A stretch of 63,632 nucleotides of DNA, counting the filler, from Octopus bimaculoides (taxonomy: Eukaryota): assembly GCF_001194135.2 (NCBI RefSeq). It is 4 parts of 4 records of this genome, joined end to end, with 100 filler letters (N's around TTAATTAATTAA, not from the genome) between each part and the next. Parts side by side here need not be neighbours in the genome. Positions count along the whole stretch, not along the records: positions 25,847 to 57,410 come from NC_068999.1; 3 more parts are not named here. One strand, written 5' to 3'. The translations under genes and the position numbers were made by a program. How positions within the stretch are numbered: the stretch's first letter is position 1; each line of letters opens with the position of its first letter. The notes under the pieces were generated by a model that did not search any database, was not told the origin of the DNA, and worked only from the letters and a program-made list of their open reading frames with translations. Shown piece after piece: positions 39,791 through 53,290 of the stretch.

Positions 39791-40745
39791 GAATTGGATA
39801 AAGCACCTCTAAGTGTAAGTGCATGGTGAATTAGAAAAAATTTTGTGATGGTCGTGGTTGGAAGGTGTTTGATTGATCATTGATCTGCTTAGTCAGATTT
39901 AACTTAGGGTTAGATAGTAACAAGAAACATGCCAACATACACACTAATATACTGACACATAAACACATGCACACATATACACATGCACTTACACTAACAC
40001 ATACTCATACAAACATACACACAAACACACACACATACACAATCTCACACCCATATTCACACATACNNNNNNNNNNNNNNNNNNNNNNNNNNNNNNNNNN
40101 NNNNNNNNNNNNNNNNNNNNNNNNNNNNNNNNNNNNNNNNNNNNNNNNNNNNNNNNNNNNNNNNNNNNNNNNNNNNNNNNNNNNNNNNNNNNNNNNNNNN
40201 NNNNNNNNNNNNNNNNNNNNNNNNNNNNNNNNNNNNNNNACACATACACAAATACGCACACATTCATACATACACACTCACACACACATTCATACATACA
40301 CACTCACACACACACATGCATAAACACAATCACACACAAACTTATACACAATCTCACACCCACATTCACACATACACACACACAAACACACGCACAAACG
40401 CAAACACACACTCACACAAACAAACACTCACACAAGCACACACTTATACACAAGCACACACTTATACACAATCTCACACCCACATTCACACATACACACA
40501 CAAACACAAACGTAAACACATAAACACGCACACACAAACAAACACACACTCACACACATAAGAACACACACACTTATACACAATCTCACACCCACATTCA
40601 CGCATACGCACACACACCAAAACAGTTGCAACATCAATGGCCACTTGATGCTACAGTATGAATGCAGCCAGCTTCAAGTGAGAAGTTTTAAATGTTATAA
40701 AATAAAAGCAATTTGAATAAATTGTTGTTTGTTCTTTGTTCTTAC

Positions 40746-40918
40746 CGTTCCCAATTGAACATCTTTACATTAAGAATAACGGCGCGGAAAATAAGGCCAG
40801 CCTGCAATAAAATAGCTTCTGCATCTTGGATGTTGCCACAGAATAGCGCCATTTCCGCTTTGCGAGCTTCTTTAATTGGTATGTCTTTGATTCGGGCAAT
40901 ATATTGAATTTTGTCAGC
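40746..40918 (-). CDS. IFT80: Internal coding exon of intraflagellar transport protein 80 (C-terminal region)
   Basis: Minus-strand translation ADKIQYIARIKDIPIKEARKAEMALFCGNIQDAEAILLQAGLIFRAVILNVKMFNWE(R) matches, from memory, the IFT80 C-terminal segment (vertebrate [58 protein letters not shown]). Acceptor ttcttgttacag|GCT (phase 0), donor GAACG|gtaag (phase 2), length 173 nt. Confidence 0.93.
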
Positions 40919-41654
40919 CTGTAACAAGAAAATGTTTTGCCGTGAAAAGTATAATTATAACAGAATCCATGTCTTTTAGTGGCAGAGTACAAAAATCTTT
41001 AATAGCATACTATATAAAATAGGAAAGGGAGAGAGCGAGAGAGGGAGAGGAGATAGAGAGAGATAGAAAGAGAAAAGCAGAGAGAGAGAGACATTTTAAG
41101 CCCTTTCATTGGAGACACTTGCTGAAATCAAAATGACACATAACTATTTTATTACCAATTTAGCAAATAACATTTTCTTAATACCGAACATCTAAATGAC
41201 ATTTTCATTCAAATTAGCCAAACTACAGCCTTTCTTTAATAGCACCACTCGTAAAGGAAACCAATTCATTTTGAACATGATTGTTTACTTAAATTGTTCA
41301 CTGGAAAGTGGTTTGGTGTGGGCGGCGGCAGTTCTGAGTGCACAATTGAATTAATTAATATAGGTGTTTATTTCCATTAAATTCTTGACCAGATAAGAAA
41401 ATGGTAGGAGTTTTGAGGTGCCGAAAGAGGTTTATGTGAGAAACAGTGCAATTAACAGTGAATAAAGCACAAATTTGTCAATCTTGGAAACTATAGGTTG
41501 AAAACAAAAAACACAAGAATCCTCAAAGCCTCCAAGATGAAAAAAAAATGTTCTAAGATACTGTAAGTTCTTTCAGTTGACCCTCCTTACAAATATTCCA
41601 TTCCCTGAAAGCTTTAGACCTCATTAACCCCAGAATCCTGAAACCACCAACAGG

Positions 41655-42043
41655 TGGGGTTGTGTGATAAGAAGCTTGCATCCCAGCCACATGGTTCCAG
41701 GTTCGGTCCCACTGAGTGGCACCTTGGGCCAGTGTCTTCTACAATAGATTCAGGCTGACCTGAGACTTCTGAGCGTATTTGGCAGACATAGAAAACTGAA
41801 AGAAGCCCATCACGTTTGTGTGTCTGTATGTATGTGTGTGTATGCATCTTTGTGTCTGTGTTTTTTTCCCAACCACCACATGACAACCGGTGTTTGTGTG
41901 TTTACATCCCTATAACTTAGTGGTTCTGCAAAAGAGACTGATAGAATAAGTAACAGGCTTAAAAAAAAAATGTTCCAGGGTTGATTCATTCAACAAACAA
42001 TTCTTCAACACAGTGCCCCAGCATGGCCACAGTGTAATGACTG
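41655..42043 (+). mobile_element. SINE family 1, diverged full length
   Basis: cacatggttccaggttcggtcccactgagtggcaccttgggccagtgtcttctac...cagcatggccacagtgtaatgactg. Confidence 0.8.
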
Positions 42044-42477
42044 TGTGTGTGTGCGTCTGTCCCCCACCACCATTTACAAACATTCATCATCACAAGCACA
42101 GCCACACCTACATGATTGGGCGTGCAACCAGGGATGCCAGGTGAAAGAAAGGAGACAGATCCAATATTTTGAGAGGGTCACCTCTACCACCTTCACTCCC
42201 ACCATTACTACCATCACCCCACCACTGCCATCGTCATCATCAACATCACCACCACGTAATCAACTTGTGGGTAGAAATCATTATATAGTCAACAAACATA
42301 TAATGACCCACACTAATGAGGGAGCCTCTACATGACTGTTCAACCTGCAAGAAATAGCAATCAAATTTCCCTGACATCATGTACCCAACTGTTGTTTTAA
42401 GCAAGTAAAGTTATGGGGATGTAAGCACACCAGCATCGGTTGTCAAGCAATGTTGCGGGGACAAACACAGACACACA

Positions 42478-43270
42478 AAATCCAAAATTGGTCAAGAATT
42501 CATTTCAGCATTAGACAGGCACTTCCCTAAATCTAGCAAATATCACAAAATCATCAATAGACATAGTGTGAAATTAGCATATGTGACATCATGCAATCTA
42601 GAATACTACATACATAAATTAAATAATATAAAACTTAATAAGATAAAATTAGAGGGGGCTAAGAAAAAAATGCAGATCAAAAAAGAATTTTTTTACATGA
42701 GGGAATGGTTGAGATTATGAATGATAAAAGCTCCTCCATAACAGGAACAGGTCCAAACAGTACCATACCTGAGGAAAATAAGAACACTGTTGCAGTGGGG
42801 AAAAGTAATGTAGGCACTAAGGATAACTCCTCTTACAGAACCAGAAAAGACAATGTATGTAACTGCAGAGGGGAAAATAAATGCAAATTTAATAACTGCA
42901 TGGTAAAAAACGTAGTTTACAAATGTGAAGTGAATGCAGGTGCACTAAAATATATTTATATCAGGAGAACTGGAGACACCATGAAAAACTGAGTAACCAT
43001 CTTATGTCATTTTCCAACCAAAACAAAAGGTATCGCATATCAGTGTCTAACATTGTCTGGAAGCTCAAATGGAAAAGAGTGGACCATACAACCAACTGGT
43101 TATAATAAAAATACACTAGACCATACAACAGAACATTACAAGTGTGTAACTTATGCGTGGAGGAAACTCTAGAGATCATCACATCCAAGGAACACATAAT
43201 TAATAACCATTCTGAAGTAATTGTGTCATGCAAACGTAAGATGAAAGCATCCTTCATAGAATTCAAACAG
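42478..43270 (+). mobile_element. Penelope-like element, C-terminal linker plus GIY-YIG endonuclease (decayed)
   Basis: KSKIGQEFISALDRHFPKSSKYHKIINRHSVKLAY; CNCRGENKCKFNNCMVKNVVYKCEV...YIYIRRTG; SNIVWKLK; CNLCVEETLEII...IINNHSEVIVSCKRK. These are hallmark motifs of animal PLE C-termini; stops and frameshifts are present. Confidence 0.85.
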
Positions 43271-43589
43271 AACATTACAAAACAGAGAAACACTAACCAG
43301 TATTAGCATCTAACTGAACAAGAGAAGAACCTATAAATGAAGTGAACAAAAAAAAAACATTATTTTCCTATGTCACGTCACTGTACCACCTGAAGTAATT
43401 AAAAGGACCCTTTAAGAGAACATCATTTGTCAATTCAACACCAAAACAAAGTTTGCTTCCTGGCCCTTTAACATCTGAATTCATTAAGGCTGTGCTTGCT
43501 GTGACTAAGGTCAGACCAATTAACTATACTACCCATCCCAACATGTGCACACACGCAAATATCAAAACAAGTCTAGCCAGGCCACACAC

Positions 43590-43700
43590 TGCTGCAATAA
43601 GTGTGTGAATCTGACGAGAGGGGGGGGGGGAGAATATGGTGAATAAAATCATAATTAACTGATCCTCCTGTATTTTCGTTTACCCCGCCAAAGCCAGGAA
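43590..43700 (-). mobile_element. Partial copy of the mariner-type MITE at 54428
   Basis: Reverse complement ttcctggctttgg...aaaatacaggaggatcagttaattatgattttattca...gattcacacacttattgcag. Confidence 0.7.
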
Positions 43701-45059
43701 CACAAACAATTAACAGAACTGAAAAAAATAAATAAATAAAATAAAATAAAATAAAACAAAACAAAACCCATAACAGACAACAATAGTAATTTGTATCTAT
43801 TATAACAGAGTAGCCACTAAGATCAAGACCTGATGTAATGGTGTCATTAAAAGATACCAAAACTACTAAACAAAGGTAAAGACTGCATATGGAAATATAA
43901 AATATTCATAAGGTGATGAAGAAAGCCAGAAAGGAAATGATGGGCTCTGTTTAAATAGGGCTAAGTAGATTACACTGCAGAGAATCTTGACATTTCTCTC
44001 ATATAATGAGAGAAGATTAAAGACAGCTATGTTCTCTCTAAGACGATTCTTATTTGAATCTGCTAATGGCATCGGTAAAGTTGTATTATATTTAATGCCG
44101 GGGTTACAGGAGATCTATCACCATGGTATTATTTCATTATATGACAGCGAAAATTAATAAATAGAGAAAATTAATAGAAGCAGATGGATGGAAACCTAAA
44201 GTATCACATCAAAAATACCAGAAAAGAAACAGAAAAAAATAAAATTTAAAAAAAAACCCAAAAAACAATGAAAACCATAAAAAACAAAAACAAGAATTTG
44301 TGAAAATTTTAGATTTAAAATTCAACTAAATTGCACACAGTGTGATGGAAATGGTTTTTAAAATTTTCTTTTAAATATTTTTGTATTTTTAAAATGTTTA
44401 TGTAATTATATAACATATAATCAAATTTAACATGATAAACAACATCCAAGATGATGACAATTTAAGTTTTTTTTTTCTTTCTTCTTCTTCGTCTTCCGAC
44501 ATATGAGAATTCTTTCTTTTGTGTCTCCAAATACATTGGGAAAAATCTACAGATATTAAACTCTTAATTAAACCAGATCGCATTTATACCAAAATAGAAT
44601 TTTGAAAAATCACGGAAAAGAAAAGAAAAAGAAACCACAAAAAAAAAAACAACAACAACACACACACACACATAACCCAATATCACTTTGTTGAACTTTT
44701 TTGTTTTAGTTTCGTTTTTTTTTTTTGGTTTTGTTTTTTGCTAAACATTTGGATCAATTGAAATTTTATAAACTAAAAATAAAAACAACAAAAAACAGTA
44801 ACAAACAAGACGTGAACTCTGGAGATGGAATGGATAAAGAGGTTTTCAAGAGGAAGATGTTGTCTTTTCAAGTGGATTCCCTGGAAAAACCTCTTTTTGT
44901 TTTTGTTTTTATTCTATCCTTTTATTTTTTTTTTTTTTTTTTTTTTCGTTTTCTTGTGTTTGTAACCAAAATGGAACAAACAATAAACAACAAATAACAA
45001 CCGTGACAGGCAGGTAGAGATTTCTTTCTGTAACAATGGAAAGACCAAAAAACAGTAAG

Positions 45060-45630
45060 TCAGCAACCACAGCTATCACCACTGCCATACTGTGGCACTC
45101 ACCAACACAACTACTACTACTACTACCACTCCTATTATCATTGCTACTACCTACCACTACCAACACCGTTGCCACTACCACCACCACCACTACTACAACC
45201 ATCACCATCACTACAACCACAAACACCATAACTACAGCCACCACCACTGCAACTACCACCATCACAACAACCACCACCACCACTTCTACCATCACCAATA
45301 CCATTGCTACCACCAGCAACAACACTACTAATATTCCTACTACTACCACCATCACTACTACTACTACTTCCACCATCACTAGCATCACCACCACTACTAC
45401 CACCACAACTATCACTACTACAACAACACCCCGCTCCACAACCATCACGGCCATAATTACTACCACAACTACTTCTAATATCAACACTACTCCTACCACC
45501 ACCACCATCATTACCACCACCGCCACTACAATAAACAATAAATTTCTACCTATGAATATTGCTTTACTAGTTAAACGCCAGCCTGTCGCACCACCACCAC
45601 CACTACCAACCACAACCACCACCCAACACT
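45060..45630. repeat. Cryptic (ACC/ACT/ATC/ACA)n trinucleotide tract
   Basis: Direct sequence; gives Thr-rich (+) and Val-rich (-) pseudo-ORFs. Confidence 0.85.
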
Positions 45631-46439
45631 GAAATACAACAGCATAAACAACAATCTGAAGCATATTTTACACATGCACATGTGTCTGTGCAACTTGATC
45701 AAACGTTAGCCTGCTTCAAAGGCATTTTGAAGTACCACATGTTATAATAAAAACTGGATTTTGGTTCCTAATTTTATTTTCAGTTTTTTTTGTGTGTTTT
45801 TAATCTCGTTTTAATGACATTCTCTCTTAGCGATATCTTCAGTGAAGTACACTCGACAATTTCTCCAAGTTTTATCGAATACGTTTCAGATTTTAAACTT
45901 TTGTGTTTGGCATCGAAAAGTTTAAATGTATATACACTAGAGATTCCTTTGTAAATAATTTTTACCGATTTCTTACTGAAACCACTGAGGAATTCGTTTA
46001 ACTGACACTTCACATAATCACATAATCTTGTAGCTTTGTGGCTGGCGAAAGAAGCCAGTATTCTCAAGAAGTATAATCGTTAACAACAAAGACAATTCAA
46101 AGTAACAAAACCAAACATAAAAAAAAAATACATACATACAAACGGACAAAGATAACGAGAGACGAGTGACGGCATTTAGACTATGGTGAAGTGCTAAGGA
46201 AGATAAAATATTTCAGCATTTATAAAGCAATATATGAAAAAGAGATATAAGTTTTTAATCATGGAGGCCAAAAACGAAAGTTTCAACAAGAAGTTTGTAC
46301 CAGTTATTAACTGGGACCAAATTTTTATTGACGCCAAAAGAATAGAAACAGATAACGACAATCAATATTGGTTGAGTTTGATTTCTAAATAAACATCAAG
46401 GGAAATAACATACTAATCCACCCTTTCATACATTCATAT

Positions 46440-46482
<43 letters not shown>

Positions 46483-46483
46483 G

Positions 46484-46517
<34 letters not shown>

Positions 46518-46519
<2 letters not shown>

Positions 46520-46992
46520 GAGGCTGCGATGAGTAAATTGTCACCATTTTATATTTTTAATTTCACACACACCCATTGTTTTTTTTTTTATTTTGTCAAC
46601 TACATAGTATCGTAGGGTCAACTGGGCACAGTCGGTGAGGAAAACAGTACTATGATGCAATTCACTCAGCCAAAAATTTGGAAAGAACATGCTGTACTGC
46701 TTGGCATTCATGCCTGAAGTCCCAGGATGAACATTTCAGAGAGTGTGGGTGTCGATCTGAAGACAGTGCAATCTGAGAGTGATAAAAATCAAACATCCAG
46801 TCAACATGATGGTGTTTGTGGTGATCACTAATGATGGCGACGTTATTCCCCTGTTCATCTTCCCACATGGCCTCGGACTCAACATGGAAGCCTACATCAG
46901 GTGCCTGGAGGAGGTAATGTTGCCGTGGGTGAAGACAGTGGCTGCTGCAAGATCCTCTGTCTGGCAACAAGAATCTGTACCATACCACACAA
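46518..46992 (+). mobile_element. Internally deleted Tc1/mariner-superfamily element (left TIR plus partial DDD/E domain)
   Basis: TA then cagaggctgcgatgagtaaattgt; peptide KIKHPVNMMVFVVITNDGDVIPLFIFPHGLGLNMEAYIRCLEEVMLPWVKTVAAARSSVWQQESVPYHT (cf. WQQDSAPCH). Confidence 0.82.
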
Positions 46993-47039
46993 CAAACCAA
47001 CACCAGACATCAATCATAGCAGGAAGGACAAACACACGT

Positions 47040-47074
<35 letters not shown>

Positions 47075-47076
<2 letters not shown>

Positions 47077-47226
47077 GGGCTTCCACTTAGTTTCTGTCTA
47101 CCAAATTCATTCACAAGCATTTGTCAGCCCCCAAGCTTTAGTAGAAGTCGCTTGCCCAAGGTGTCATACAATGGGATTGAACCCAAAACCATGTAGTTGC
47201 AAAATGAGTTTCTGAACCACACAGCC
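47075..47226 (-). mobile_element. SINE family 1, 5' half
   Basis: gggcttccacttagtttctgtctaccaaattc...cttgcccaaggtgtcatacaatgggattgaaccc...accacacagcc. Confidence 0.7.
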
Positions 47227-48959
47227 AAGAGATTTCAAATAACATTGTCTTTTTCAATATTTGATATAATTTCCCATTAAAATCATTACTTTAGTGTGTG
47301 TGTACATGTGTATGTGTGTGTATGTGCAAGCATATGTATGTGTGTGAGACTACAGCCTCGTATATATGTGGTGCTATACTCATCCAAATTCCTCATATGA
47401 AAACCACAATGTTCTTCAAGTTTACATTTCTATCAAATTATCTCTAGGTTTGTTTTATCAAATTAGTCGAAGCCGTAAAAATGGAATAAGTCATTTTTAC
47501 ATATTTACTCATTCAAAACTGCCCAGACTGGACAAAACCTATCAACAAGTATCATTTAATTTCATGCTGTCACTACTGAAATGTTATATCAAAGCAATTA
47601 ATTACATTAAATGTAGATTTTATTCACAGACCGATCTGTGTAACTGCGACACAAGAATTTTCTAAATAAACATCTGTAACTTTTAACCGATATTTCACTC
47701 AATTTTTCTCAGCATTTTGTTTTTTTCCTTTTTCCAGTGAATCAAGTTAGGATACTTAGAAATAAGAAGCAGTCTCACAGATGGAAACTTTATTGATGTC
47801 TAACAGTTAAGTCAGACTGTAATACAAGGAGGAGATAATCATAGAGAGAGATTAGATCAGAGTATTATCTGCAATGTCTTAGACAAAAAAAACAAAAAAC
47901 AGCTAGCAAGAAAACAGAGAGCCACGGTGTATGTATAGAGAGGCCAGGGCTTGCGTCAATATAATGTGAATCTAACATGGTTTATGTGGTAGTAAATGAC
48001 ACAATAAGCTGCTGTTGAAGGAATTTTAGTTTGATATTCTTTAAAAACCAAACTCAATCATTCAAAAGGATTACTGAAGTTGAATAATCTGCCAAGAACC
48101 TTTTCATGTTTGGTAATTGATTCTGTAGAAGTCCGAAAGTTGAATCTGTTGCAGAACAGCTTGTAGATATCATAGTGAATGGTGTACTTTGTAGTTCCAG
48201 GTTTTATTGATCCTTCGGCTAAAAGATTCTGTGCATTAACCTAACGACAGTACTACACACAATACAACTCATGGAGCAGGTAGGACTTTGAAAAAAAGAT
48301 AACAAACACACAGTAGCTATGAGGTTTCTTCTACACATCGTTATCGTTAGACATAGAATCATTACTACTAAGACTTCCATTATTTTCAACCATTTCTTTC
48401 TTTCAGATTTTTTTTTTTTTGCAATCTTTGAGTCAGGAGAGAAAGCAGTGCCCTTGATCGTTTTACAAGTCCTCCAAGACTGGTGGGAGAGAGACAGAAG
48501 GAAGAAGAAAGTATATTCAAACTGAAGACCAGGCCTGAATGCTTGCAACACAGTTGGTTCCATTAAAGGTACCTAACATGCAAAGTAACAGTTAAGATTA
48601 AGTGTACCACGTAATAGGGCCATAACTGGATTTGAACTCAGAACACACAGCACTGGAAGAAATATCAGAAGACATCAGGTCTGATATTCTTACAATTCCA
48701 CCAATTAGGTGGACTGAGGTTGTTTTCTTTTTGCTTTTTTCTTGTTTGTTTGTTTATCAATTCACCCCTCATCCCAAACAATTAAAGCCAGTTAACCTCA
48801 GCAGAATTTGAACTCAAAACACAAAGAGTTAAAACAAAAATACCAAGGGGTAATCTATCCAACGGCCTACAGACTATCAATTTGCTGCCAGGAGGGTTCA
48901 ACGAAATGGTTCAAACTCCTCATACATAAAATTTTTCATTGTTTTGTTTTTTACATTCT

Positions 48960-49320
48960 AGCACACTGACTGGCTCCTGAGCCAGTGGCACATAAAAAGA
49001 ACCATCTGAACGTGGCAAGTGCCAGTACCCACTGACTGGGTTTCGTGCCAGTAGCTCATAAAAAGCACTATCCAAACGTGATCAATGCCAGAAGTGCCAG
49101 ACTGGCACCTGTGCCAGTGGCACATAAAAAGCACTCACTACACTCTTGGAGTGGTTGGCATTAGGAAGGACATCCAGCTGTAGAAACATTGCCAGATCAG
49201 ATTGGAGCTTGGTGCAACCGCTGGCTCTCCAGACCTCTGTCAAACTGTCCAACCCATGCCAGCATGGAAAACGGATGTTAAACGATGATGATGATGATGA
49301 CGACGATAACAATGAGGACA
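48960..49320 (+). mobile_element. LINE (RTE-like) 3' end or derived SINE with (GAT)n tail
   Basis: tggcacataaaaagcac...ggagtggttggcattaggaaggacatccagctgtagaaac...ccaacccatgccagcatggaaaacggatgttaaacgatgatgatg; related pieces at 31790-31985, 36290-36400 (-) and 50740-51000 (-). Confidence 0.7.
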
Positions 49321-50423
49321 ACGACGACGATGATGATTATACTTCTTATTAATTTTATTTTTATTTTCAATTTCTGTTTATAGCGCTCCAAGGTTTAAAC
49401 TAGGATTAAATGAAGGCCCAAAGGAGGATTAAAAGAGATTACTGCACGGATTGTGGCAGAAGCAAATCCAAAGATTCAGTCTTTGGTGACACAACATTGA
49501 CGATAATTAAATAGATAAATATTAATTTCACAAACAGCCTGCTCATGAAATTAACGTGCAAGTGGCTGAGCACTCCACAGACACGTGTACCCTTAACGTA
49601 GTTCTCGGGGATATTCAGCATGACACAGAGTGTGACAAGGCTGGCCCCTTTTGAATTAAAGGTACAACTCGTTTTTACCAGTTAAATGAACTGGAGCAAT
49701 ATAAAATGAAGTGTCGTGCTCAAGGATACAATGCGTCACCAGAAATTGAACTGAAATTGAACTCGCGACCTTGTGATCATGAGCTGAATACAGAGTACTC
49801 TAGACGATGATAAACCCTTTACGGCTGAGTCGACAGGAGCAATGTGAAATGAAGGGTCTTTGCTCAAGAACACAATGCACAGCCGGTGTGGGTGCAACAT
49901 CTTAACCACTAGGCCACACGCTTATACAGAGCTTACGACGTGTTATACACTCCCTGACTTCTACAACACCCGAAAATATATCTGTATAAGTCATAAAATA
50001 AAATCCTAAACTATGTGAAAATTTTAAATTCTTAAAAAAAAATGCAGGCACAGGAAAGAAGCATTAGATATGATGACCGTAGCTTTTAATGTTACAATTG
50101 TGCAAGATTAAGGTCAGTCAGGCAATGAAAGTATGAAATATCTGTGTTTTCTAGTGTATTCTGGCTAAACTTTTCCATGTGTCTATGAAAATTATAAGAG
50201 CACTCACTAAAACAACATTTAGTCGAGAATATTTCCTAGAAACAACAAATCTTCAGCCTCACCAAAATAAATAAAAAGATGGCACAGGGTCAAGTTGTTT
50301 AAGTTATTTCTTATTCACACTTTTTCAAGTTGACGTCACTGTTTTATGACAATGGAGTAAAGAAAAACAAATCTCAACTCAGCATTGAAGCAATTATAAA
50401 TAATAAACAGAAATAAGATTAAT

Positions 50424-50590
50424 GTGGCTGTGTGGTAAGTATCTTGCTTACGAACCACATGGTTCCAGGTTCAGTCCCACTGCATGGCACCTTGGGCGAG
50501 TGTCTTCTACTATAGCCTCGGGCTGACCAAAGCCTTGTGAGTGGATTTGGTAGACGGAAACTGAAAGAAGCCAGTCGTCTATATGTATAT
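50424..50590 (+). mobile_element. SINE family 1, 5' half
   Basis: atgtggctgtgtggtaagtatcttgcttacgaaccacatggttccaggttcagtcccactgcatggcaccttgggcgagtgtcttctactatagcc. Confidence 0.85.
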
Positions 50591-52604
50591 AAATGTATGT
50601 GTGTGCATATGCCGCTGTCAAAACCTCACTAGCACTGTACCACAATTTGAAACCATTATTAGAGAATATAGAATATATATAATATGTGTATTTGTGGCTG
50701 AAGATTTTGCTATGTCATCTTCATTGTCATCATCATCACCATCATCACCATCATCATCACCATTGTTATTTAACGTTCACATTTCCATGCTTGCCTGGGT
50801 CAGGCAGAATTTGTTGGAGCTGTTTTTCTATGGTTCAGATGCTCTTCCTGTCACCAACCCTCAACTGTATCCAAGTAAGGTAATATTTCCCCACCAACAC
50901 CCCCCACCCCATGGCCGGATGTATTTCCATGGAAGTTTGGAAACGAAGGATACCTCTTATATGACAGTGACACTCGTTTACAACTACCACACAGTGTGAA
51001 TGGTTAGGCGTGATCCGCAGGTCAGGTCTTTCATTCAAGAAATACTGTGTCTACATCTGAGGACCATACACCACACCAACAAACAGTGGTTAATTGCATG
51101 GACTACAGCAGCGTGACATAACTGAGCAGGCCTGGGCAACCTTCTGTGAGGAGCAGGTCATATGACACATGATGCACCACCAGGCAAGGTCACATGACTA
51201 GAACAAAATTTCAAGGTAATTTTCTGTTAGGTAACTTTTCTGGTTAGAGACTAATTGACTATAGCTGTCGAGTTGCCCATGACAGGTAGGGACAATTAGC
51301 CTCTAACCAGCCTCATGATTTGCAGGAATTAACAGCCAAATCTCCATCATAGCTGCAATTCTGAACGCGAGATGATACAGGCTGTAAAACATGATATAAC
51401 GGGTGTTATTCTATAAAGTAAACAGAAATAAAACTATTGATGATGTAATTAAAGATCAAGCAAGATAGAATATCAACAAAAATATATATATTTCAGATAA
51501 AAAGAAACAGAGTTCAAAAGAAACTATAAGTGGTTTGTGTTGGCAGAGAACAGGAAAAAAAGACTTGAAAATATGAATAAAATTGTGCACCAAGAAGATG
51601 TCAATTCTAATATTTCTATCTATCTATCTATCTATCTACCTACCTACCTACCTATCTATCTATCCATCTGTCTAGTTACCTACCTACATATTTATCTACC
51701 TACCTACCTACCTACCTATCTATCTGTTTGTTTATCAGTTATCTCTGGTATGGCTGCTATTCAAAAACAGATGAAAACGCTTCATCAGCATTTTCCATTC
51801 AGTTGTCCATGTAGGTGCAAAGATGCATGACCAAGTCCTTCAAGTTTGCTCTCTTGATTATAACATTATGCTTTCGATCCCTGGCCCATGTGATGACTTG
51901 TGCTCCTTGAGCAAAACCCTTCATTTCATGTAAAAGAGAAACCCTGTGACTAACCAGCGTTCCGTCCACGGGGATCTTTGTGATAACAGTCACTTATGTG
52001 CGATAGAAACTAATTAACTGGCCCTTTGGGTCTTAGGACTCCACACAGCTCTTACTTATCTGTGACAGATTTTCTAGGGCAGTGTTTTATGGGCTTCAGA
52101 CCCTTTCTGGTGACAGTTCTTTCAGATGTCTTTTAAAGATGTAGAGACTGAACCTGTGAACCACGCGGCTGAGAAGCAAGCTTCTTACCTCCGAGCCACA
52201 GACATACATCCATTACTGGGACTGGGCAAGCGGACGGGACACGGACAAATTTGAACTCGCAGCCTTTCTGTAGCTGATCTGACTAAACAATTGATGCAAT
52301 TTCTATTTGCAGTTGATTAAAATAATACTCGATCTGAAATTAATCATATGGGATGAATGGCTTTTAACAATGGCCACCTCCCTCCTCCTCCTCCAACCCC
52401 CACCCCACTCCAGAGTAAATAAATAAAATATAATGCAAAATAAATATAGAAGAAAGAAAAAAAAAGAACACAGAAAGTAGTCATGTAAAATACATTAATT
52501 CTACTTGAAATATATCAAAAATAATCCTTGAATGTAATTTCAGTTGAATATACATACATACATACATATATATATATTATATATATATATATATAATTAT
52601 ATAT

Positions 52605-52637
<33 letters not shown>

Positions 52638-52802
52638 CATATATATATCTATATATATACCATATATATATCTATATATATACCATATATATATCTATAT
52701 ATATAACATATATTTATATATATATAACATATACATATATCTATATATAAATAAATATAAATATATATACATTCATATATACATATATATGTGTGTGTGT
52801 GC

Positions 52803-52837
<35 letters not shown>

Positions 52838-53066
52838 CATATATATATATATTATATATACATATATATATATATATTATATATACATATATATATATAT
52901 ATATTATATATACATATATATATATATATTATATATACATATANNNNNNNNNNATATACATATATATATATATTATATATACATATATATATATATATTA
53001 TATATACATATATATATATACATTATATATACATATATATATATATATTATATATACATATATATA

Positions 53067-53110
<44 letters not shown>

Positions 53111-53252
53111 TAGGTATATATTTTATATACATATACACACATATACGTATGTGTGTATGTATGAAATGATGTAATGGTATAACGGCGCTTTTGTTTTTCT
53201 GGGTCTTTCATAATGATTAATTGTGTAACATGACAAAATCACTCAAATCACA

Positions 53253-53290
<38 letters not shown>

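Noticed and set aside
45036-45664. 198-aa Thr-rich (+) and 251-aa Val-rich (-) ORFs as mucin-like genes
   Set aside because: They arise from an ACN-type trinucleotide tract that lacks stops by composition. There is no signal peptide or splice support, and similar tracts occur at 20050-20660.
48201-48280. Plus-strand exon (ttccag|GTTTT...GAGCAG|gtagg)
   Set aside because: All three frames contain stops.
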